Origin: an uncultured Megamonas sp.
Lineage (GTDB): Bacteria > Bacillota > Negativicutes > Selenomonadales > Selenomonadaceae
DNA: 64,000 nt
Direction: 5' to 3'
NCBI GenBank assembly: GCA_963558795.1
Contig: CAUWIH010000001.1
Coordinates: forward strand, 3,546 to 67,545
Below the pieces are notes generated by a model that searched no databases, was not told the DNA's origin, and saw nothing but the letters and a program-made list of their open reading frames with translations. Each line of letters opens with the position of its first letter. The stretch's first letter is position 1. Both the position numbers and the translations under genes were made by a program. Positions 57,554 through 64,000 of this stretch are shown here, in pieces.

Positions 57554-59479
57554 ATGGCAAAGATTAATAAACGAAGAAAGAAAATATTTGATATGTTAAA
57601 AGAACATCAAACAGGATTGAGTGGAGAATTTATGTCTCAACAGTTAGGTGTTTCTTCAAGAACAATACGTTCAGATATAAAAGCTTTACAAGAATATTTA
57701 GTTGAATATGATATACGAATAATTTCTAGCCCTAATAAGGGATATCGCTTTAATAAATTTGAGCAACTTGATACTGCTGAACAAAATTTGTTTCAAGAAG
57801 GTGTTAGTAATTTAGAAACAGCAAAACAAAGGATAAATTATATATTGTATAGACTGTTAGAAAATACTTTTAAAGATATTGTTATTACACAAAATGATTT
57901 AGCAGAAGAAATGTATATAAGTTTATCTACATTAAAGATGCATTTAAATGAAGTAAAAGATATCTTACAAAAATATGATTTAAAAGTTACACAATATAAA
58001 ACAAAGGGTATAAAGGTTATTGGTGAAGAAGTTAAGATACGTTATTGCATAGTAGATATGATAAATACATGTAGTACAGAAAAATTTTTCCAGAAGATTT
58101 TAGCAAATGTAGATATTGAGTTATTAGATAAAATAATAAAAGAAACATTAAGTTATAAAAAAATACAATTAGCAGATAGATCTAAAGAAAAATTTTGTCT
58201 ACATATAGCAATAGGCATGCAACGTTCTAATTGTAATAAATTTGTATCCTATCCGTCTAGTATTGCTAATAAAATAGAAAATACTTTTGAATATAATGTA
58301 GCTAAAGAGTTAATAGATAATATATTAAAAAAGATGAATATAGATATAGCTTGTTCAGAAGTATATTATATTGCTCAATGCTTATTAGCTAGCAAGAAAT
58401 TAACAGATATTAGTGAATCAATGGACAAAAAACATGTAAAAAAATTAGTAAATATAATTTTAAAAGAAATTCATGAAAAGTTATCTATTGATTTTACTAA
58501 CGATGAATATTTGATTGATGGTTTAACATTACATTTAAACATAGCATTAACAAGAATTCAATTTCAGATGAATATCAGAAATGAATTGTTAGAAACTATA
58601 AAAAATGATTATCCGTTAGCATTTCAAATGGGGGTAATTGCTGGTAAAATTGTTGAACAATATGACAACATAAAAATTAATGAGAATGAAATTGGTTATA
58701 TAGCTTTACATTTTGGTGCAGCATTAAGTAGAAATGGTATAAAAGAAAATATTCAGGCTAAAAATATAATAATAGTATGCTCTTCAGGATTAGGGATATC
58801 TGTATTACTAAAGGCGAAAGTTGAAGAATATTTTCATAATAGATTAAATGTAGTAAAAGTTTTACCAGGTTATGAAGTTAATGAGAAAACACTAGAAAAT
58901 ATAGATTATATATTATCTACAGTTCCATTAAAAAATATTGCTTCAGATAAAATAATTAAAATTAATCGTATGTTACAAAAAGAAGATGTAGAAAATATTG
59001 AAAATAAGATTTTTCACAAAATAGATACAGATTTAATAGAAATTACAACTTTTTTTAATAAAGATAATTTTTATATTGATAAAGATTTTGAAACAAAAGA
59101 AGAGTGTATAAATTTTTTAGCGGATGAGGCTATAAAAAAAGATTTAATGGATGAAATGTCTAAAGAATCTATTTTTGAAAGAGAAGAGATATCATCTACA
59201 TCAATAGGTGATTTAACAGCAATACCACATCCAATATCAACAGATACAAAAAAATCTTTTATCTCTATTTTAGTATTAAATAAACCTATAATGTGGGGAG
59301 ATTTTTTAGTACAGGTTGTATTTCTATTAAATATAGAAAAATCAAAAGCTAATTTATGGGAGCCTATGTTTTTAAAATTGTATAACTATATAAAAGAAAA
59401 AAATGGAATAAATTCATTATTAAAAAATAAATCATATGATATGTTTTTAAAAGAATTTATAAGTTTTTCTCAAATATAA
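57554..59479 (+). CDS. PRD-containing PTS regulator (BglG/LicR/MtlR-like: HTH-Mga-PRD-EIIB-EIIA)
   Basis: LGVSSRTIRSDI HTH, YISLSTL, PRD His in LTLHL and IALHF, EIIB VCSSGLG, EIIA AIPHP. ATG at 57554. Confidence 0.9.
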   Translation: MAKINKRRKKIFDMLKEHQTGLSGEFMSQQLGVSSRTIRSDIKALQEYLVEYDIRIISSPNKGYRFNKFEQLDTAEQNLFQEGVSNLETAKQRINYILYRLLENTFKDIVITQNDLAEEMYISLSTLKMHLNEVKDILQKYDLKVTQYKTKGIKVIGEEVKIRYCIVDMINTCSTEKFFQKILANVDIELLDKIIKETLSYKKIQLADRSKEKFCLHIAIGMQRSNCNKFVSYPSSIANKIENTFEYNVAKELIDNILKKMNIDIACSEVYYIAQCLLASKKLTDISESMDKKHVKKLVNIILKEIHEKLSIDFTNDEYLIDGLTLHLNIALTRIQFQMNIRNELLETIKNDYPLAFQMGVIAGKIVEQYDNIKINENEIGYIALHFGAALSRNGIKENIQAKNIIIVCSSGLGISVLLKAKVEEYFHNRLNVVKVLPGYEVNEKTLENIDYILSTVPLKNIASDKIIKINRMLQKEDVENIENKIFHKIDTDLIEITTFFNKDNFYIDKDFETKEECINFLADEAIKKDLMDEMSKESIFEREEISSTSIGDLTAIPHPISTDTKKSFISILVLNKPIMWGDFLVQVVFLLNIEKSKANLWEPMFLKLYNYIKEKNGINSLLKNKSYDMFLKEFISFSQI

Positions 59480-59495
59480 GTAGGTGCATATTTTT

Positions 59496-60158
59496 ATGGA
59501 AAAAAATATAGAAATAAAAAAAGAAGTAGTATTTTATGCTAAGTTATTAGATAAAAAAGGTTTAGTTAATCCATTAGAAGGTAATATATCAATTTATGAT
59601 AGAGATAGTAATAAGTTATACATTACACCATCAGGAACAAGAAAATCTTTATTAACGGAAAGTGCTATAGCTGTTTTACAAAATGGAAAACAAATAGAAG
59701 GATATTTAAAACGTTCTAGTGAGTATTTATTACATGAAGCTGCACTAAAAGCTAGACCAGATTGTAATGCAGTAGTGCATACACATGCGCCATATTTAAC
59801 AGCTTTTGCATATTGTAATAAAGATATAAAATTACGTTGTTCATCGACATTTGCTTTATTGTTTGAAGAGATTCCATGTTTACCATATGGGCAGCCAGGA
59901 ACAAAAGATATAGCAAATGGAATTGAAGAAGCTATAAAAGAGCATGATTTGATATTACTAGGAAATCATGGTTGTTTAACAGTAGCACCCACTTTAGAAA
60001 AAGCTATAGCTATTTTAGAAGCTGGTGAAGAAGTTATGAAAATATATACAATAGCTAGCTCTATAGGAACAATAAAAGATATAGCTAATGATAAATGGGA
60101 AAAAATGTGTAATGAACATCTTGGTAGTAAAAGAAATAGGTATAAGAGAAGGGAGTGA
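59496..60158 (+). CDS. Class II aldolase/adducin-family sugar-phosphate aldolase or epimerase
   Basis: EGNIS, ITPSG, SSE..LH, HTH and NHG metal motifs. ATG at 59496. Confidence 0.85.
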   Translation: MEKNIEIKKEVVFYAKLLDKKGLVNPLEGNISIYDRDSNKLYITPSGTRKSLLTESAIAVLQNGKQIEGYLKRSSEYLLHEAALKARPDCNAVVHTHAPYLTAFAYCNKDIKLRCSSTFALLFEEIPCLPYGQPGTKDIANGIEEAIKEHDLILLGNHGCLTVAPTLEKAIAILEAGEEVMKIYTIASSIGTIKDIANDKWEKMCNEHLGSKRNRYKRRE

Positions 60159-61204
60159 AGAGAATGCAGGCTGCTATTATGTATGGACCAAATGATATAA
60201 GGGTAGAGAATATAGAAAAACCAAAGTGTCCACCAAATGGTCTAATTTTAAAAGTTTTATCAATAGGTTTATGTGGTTCAGATATTAGAAATATGACAAC
60301 AGATTCATGTAAAGGAAAATATCCACATATATTTGGTCATGAAATAGTAGGTATGGTTGATGAAATAGATATAAATACACCAAAATATAAAGTTGGAGAT
60401 AAATTATATATTTATCCTGAGGATCATTGTTTAAAATGTGATGAATGTAGAGCTGGTCATAGTGAAAATTGCTTAAATCCAGGTGATTATATTGCTAGAC
60501 AAGGTGGTTTTGCTGATTTTGTTGTTGTGACGAATAAGCAAATTAATAGAGATGCAGTCTTTAAATTACCTGAAAACATAAATTTAGATAATGCTACGCT
60601 TAGTGAACCATTATCATCAGTATATGCTTGTCAAGAAAATATTAATATTACACTAGGAGATAGTGTGGTTATTATTGGAGCAGGGCCTATAGGCTGTTTT
60701 CATGCGCAAATGGCAAAAATAAGAGGAGCTAAATGCGTTATTATGGTTGAAATTAATGATAAACGATTGGAAATGGCAAAACAGTTTGGTGTTGATTATA
60801 CTATCAATAGTTTAAAAGAAAATCCTGTAGCTAAAATAAAACAGATTACAAATAATAAAGGTGCTGATAAAGTAATATCAGCTAATCCATCAAGTAATGC
60901 TCAGGCGCAAAGTATTTTTATGGCGAAAGCTGGAGGAATAGTAGTATTTTTTGGTGGTGTTCCTAAAGGGACACTAGTTAGTTTGGATACAAATTACATT
61001 CATTATAATAATTTATGGATTTATGGTCATTTTGGAGCTAATAGTATACAAGTACAAAAAGCGTTTGAATTGGCTATTAGTAAAAATTTTCCAGCAGAAA
61101 AATTTATTACTCATGTATTGCCATTAAAAGATATTAATAAAGGTATAGAGTTAACAAAATCAGGAGAGGCTATAAAAGTAGTTTTACATCCTAATTTAAA
61201 TTAA
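60155..61204 (+). CDS. Zn-dependent polyol(-phosphate) dehydrogenase (MDR)
   Basis: GLCGSD, GHE, C..C..C.......C structural Zn, LSEP, GAGPIG. Confidence 0.88.
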   Translation: MKRMQAAIMYGPNDIRVENIEKPKCPPNGLILKVLSIGLCGSDIRNMTTDSCKGKYPHIFGHEIVGMVDEIDINTPKYKVGDKLYIYPEDHCLKCDECRAGHSENCLNPGDYIARQGGFADFVVVTNKQINRDAVFKLPENINLDNATLSEPLSSVYACQENINITLGDSVVIIGAGPIGCFHAQMAKIRGAKCVIMVEINDKRLEMAKQFGVDYTINSLKENPVAKIKQITNNKGADKVISANPSSNAQAQSIFMAKAGGIVVFFGGVPKGTLVSLDTNYIHYNNLWIYGHFGANSIQVQKAFELAISKNFPAEKFITHVLPLKDINKGIELTKSGEAIKVVLHPNLN

Positions 61205-61238
61205 TAAAAATTATAAATATTTTGAGGAGGAATTTAAA

Positions 61239-61532
61239 ATGATTAAAGGATTAGTTGCATGCGGTAGCGGAATTGCTACATCAACAGTTGCTCAGCAGGC
61301 AGTAAAAAAAATATTGGCAGATGCAGGTATTGAAGCTGATATTAGTAAAGGAAATATCACAGAAATTCCAGTAAAACAGAACACTGTAGATATTATTTTT
61401 ACAACATCTAATTATACACAACCTACAAAAGTTCCTGTAATAAAAGTTTTTGGTTTAATTTCTGGAATTGGAAAAGATAAAATTAAAGATGAAATTATTG
61501 CAGCTTGTTTAGAAATTGAAAAAAATAAATAA
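61239..61532 (+). CDS. PTS EIIB, galactitol/ascorbate family
   Basis: VACGSGIATS phospho-Cys loop. Confidence 0.88.
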   Translation: MIKGLVACGSGIATSTVAQQAVKKILADAGIEADISKGNITEIPVKQNTVDIIFTTSNYTQPTKVPVIKVFGLISGIGKDKIKDEIIAACLEIEKNK

Positions 61533-61621
61533 ATTTTTTATTTAATTATCTGAGAAGCGTTAGTTATCAAAATATTTGTTTTTTTTGAAAATTAACGCTT
61601 CTTGAAGAAAGGTTGAAGAAT

Positions 61622-62881
61622 ATGGATACGTTATTAAACATTGTTCAAACAATATTAGGTATGGGTGCTGTTGTAATATTACCTATTATGATATTTATAC
61701 TTGGACTTATTTTTAGAATGAAAATTGGTGCAGCTATTCAAGCTGGCTTAATGATTGGTATCGGTTTTCAGGGGTTATTGTTAGTTATTAATTTATTAAT
61801 GGCATCTATTGATCCTGTTGTTAAATATTATCAAAGTATGGGTAGTGGTTTTACTACTGTAGATATTGGTTGGGCTGCTTTGGGAGCAATTTCATGGACA
61901 GCACCATTTGCCCCACTTGCAGTACCACTTATTATTTTAGCTAATGTTATTTTAATAAAAGTTGGCTTAACAAAAGTAATGAACGTAGATATGTGGAACT
62001 ATATTCATTTCTTAATTCCAGGTGCAGTAGCTTATGCTTTATTTGATAGTGTTATTTTAGGATTAGTTATTACAGTTGGTTTATCTATTTTAGCTTTATT
62101 TATTGCTGAAAAAGTAGCTCCTCATTGGGAAAAAGTTTTTGGTTTAGAAGGTACAACTTGTACTTGTATGTCATTCATTAGTTATATGTGGCCATTATCA
62201 ATAATTATTAATAAAATTATTGATTGTATTCCAGGGTTAAATAAATTTGATTTAGATTTGACAAAATTACAATCTAAAATTGGATTTTTTGGTAATCCAG
62301 CATTTATAGGGTTAATTGTAGGTATTTTATTAGGTATTATAACAGAACAACCAATTACAACAATTACTACTATTGCAATGGGTCTTGCTAGTGTACTTTT
62401 ATTAATCCCAAGAATGGTTGCAGTAATGATGGAAGGTTTATCTTCTATTGGTACAGCTGCAAATGATTTTATGCAAAAACATATTGCTAAAGACGCACAA
62501 TTATGGATTGGTATGGATGTATGTTTAGGTTTAGGTCATCCAACTTGTATCGTATGTACTGCACTTTGTATTCCATTTACAATTTTATTAGCATTTATTA
62601 TTCCTGGAATGACATTTTTCCCAATCGGTTTATTAACAAGTATTTGTTATATAACTGTTATGTGTGTAATGGCAAGTAATGGTAACTTAGTTCGTTCATT
62701 AATTTGTTCAATGGTAAGTATTGTTTTAATTACTTGGGCAGCAAATACTTTTGCGCCAGAGGCAACAATGATGTTAAAAGCATTAGGTGTTCCAGTTGAA
62801 GGTATGATAACAGAAGGTGGACATTTTGGTTTTAATTTACCAGTAGTTATTATAAGTGCTATTTCTAGAATTTTAGGATAA
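61622..62881 (+). CDS. PTS EIIC, galactitol (GatC) family
   Basis: IGIGF.G, VDIGW, NVDMWNY.H, EG.T, IGMD...GLGHP motifs. ATG at 61622. Confidence 0.88.
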   Translation: MDTLLNIVQTILGMGAVVILPIMIFILGLIFRMKIGAAIQAGLMIGIGFQGLLLVINLLMASIDPVVKYYQSMGSGFTTVDIGWAALGAISWTAPFAPLAVPLIILANVILIKVGLTKVMNVDMWNYIHFLIPGAVAYALFDSVILGLVITVGLSILALFIAEKVAPHWEKVFGLEGTTCTCMSFISYMWPLSIIINKIIDCIPGLNKFDLDLTKLQSKIGFFGNPAFIGLIVGILLGIITEQPITTITTIAMGLASVLLLIPRMVAVMMEGLSSIGTAANDFMQKHIAKDAQLWIGMDVCLGLGHPTCIVCTALCIPFTILLAFIIPGMTFFPIGLLTSICYITVMCVMASNGNLVRSLICSMVSIVLITWAANTFAPEATMMLKALGVPVEGMITEGGHFGFNLPVVIISAISRILG

Positions 62882-62934
62882 TAAAATTTTTTATAGGCTA
62901 ATAGTTTTAAGTCTATTATGTGAGGTTTATATGA

Positions 62935-63381
62935 ATGGATAATTCAAAAAAATATATAGCTATAGAAGCAGATGCACAAAATTGGGAAGAAGCAATAAAA
63001 CTTTGTGGAGAAGCTTTAATTGCTAATAATTGTATAGGACAAGGTTTTGTAACAGCTTGTATAGAAAGAGAAAAATCATTTCCAACTGGGTTACCAACTG
63101 TAATACCTGTAGCTATACCACATGCAGCTTCTGATGAAGTTAATATAACATCAGTATGTATATTGAAGTTAAAAAATCCAGTAGAATTTAAACGAATGGA
63201 TGATTCTAGCGAATCTATTAGAGCAAGATTAGTCTTTAATTTAGCAATAAAAGGACATAATGAACATCTTGATTATTTACAAAATTTAATTGCATTTGTT
63301 ATGGACGAAGAAAAAGTGAAAAAATGTTTATCTTTGTCATTAGGTGAAATACCTAATTATTTGGAAAATAATATGTCTTAA
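62935..63381 (+). CDS. PTS EIIA, fructose/mannitol/galactitol type
   Basis: REKSFPTGL and VAIPH phospho-His motif. Confidence 0.88.
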   Translation: MDNSKKYIAIEADAQNWEEAIKLCGEALIANNCIGQGFVTACIEREKSFPTGLPTVIPVAIPHAASDEVNITSVCILKLKNPVEFKRMDDSSESIRARLVFNLAIKGHNEHLDYLQNLIAFVMDEEKVKKCLSLSLGEIPNYLENNMS

Positions 63382-63410
63382 TGATGTAAAAAATAAGTGA
63401 GGTGTTCTTG

Positions 63411-64000
63411 ATGAATAATAATATAAAAATATTACCATCATTATTTGCAGCAGATATTTTTGATTTAAAAAGTCAAATAAAGATATTAGAGAGATGTAAA
63501 GTTGATTTATTGCATATCGATGTTATGGATGGAAATTTTGTAAGTCGAATGGCATTTGGCGCAGAGCATATACAAATGATAAAAAAATATACAAAGATAC
63601 CTTTAGATGTACATTTGATGGTTAAATATCCAGAGAAACATATCAGTGATATTTTAGAAGCTGGAGCAGATATTATTACAATTCATCAAGAATCTACATT
63701 ATGTTTATATCATTGCTTAGAAATGATACAAAGAAAAGGGAGAATGGCTGGAGTAGTCTTAAGTCCAGCCACTCCAGTTCAAAATATAAAATATATTTTA
63801 TCTTTAATTGATATGGTATTGATAATGACAGTAAATCCTGGTGAAAAAAATCAAGTATTTTTGTTTGATATGATAAATAAAATTAAAGAGGTATCAGAAT
63901 TATTAAAAGACAAGAATATTGATATAGAAGTTGATGGTAGTATTGATGATAAAACAGCAGTATTATGTCAAGCTGCAGGAGCAAATATTTTTGTATCTGG
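63411..64000 (+). CDS. Ribulose-phosphate 3-epimerase family protein (Rpe/AlsE-like), truncated by the window end; absent from the ORF track
   Basis: Manual translation MNNNIKILPSLFAAD...HIDVMDG...DVHLM...MTVNPG...EVDG; RBS GAGGTG. Confidence 0.88.
   Translation, partial: MNNNIKILPSLFAADIFDLKSQIKILERCKVDLLHIDVMDGNFVSRMAFGAEHIQMIKKYTKIPLDVHLMVKYPEKHISDILEAGADIITIHQESTLCLYHCLEMIQRKGRMAGVVLSPATPVQNIKYILSLIDMVLIMTVNPGEKNQVFLFDMINKIKEVSELLKDKNIDIEVDGSIDDKTAVLCQAAGANIFVS

Overview
Chromosomal window from an AT-rich diderm Firmicute (Negativicutes, Selenomonadales; Megamonas-like is my inference). The evidence is CodY and sigmaA-type promoters occurring together with a TonB-dependent outer-membrane receptor and a lipid A-type phosphoethanolamine transferase. 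Core blocks: trmFO-hslVU-codY; rpsB-tsf-pyrH-frr-(small protein)-ferredoxin; uppS-cdsA-dxr-rseP-ispG; def-fmt-DUF116; hslO; pcrA-ligA. Accessory or metabolic blocks: a split BirA-controlled biotin regulon (bioG-bioC and bioY-bioD-bioA); a futalosine-type menaquinone cluster (mqnE x2, mqnC, divergent MTAP-fold enzyme); a Tat-exported [FeFe] hydrogenase with cytochrome b; murQ-murP-mupG; two secreted Trp/Asp/His-repeat glycine-zipper proteins; a TonB receptor; a sorbitol PTS operon; yerC-HD-hisC plus a catalytically degenerate hisIE; and a galactitol-family PTS operon of unknown substrate running off the right edge. I saw no rRNA, tRNA, CRISPR array, transposase or integrase. The best leads are the MTAP-fold protein as a possible non-orthologous MqnB, the HisIE pseudoenzyme, the W/D/H-repeat secreted pair, a ~68-nt sRNA with its own promoter and terminator, and the hydrogenase-menaquinone respiratory module. 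All family assignments come from reading motifs by eye; no database searches were run.
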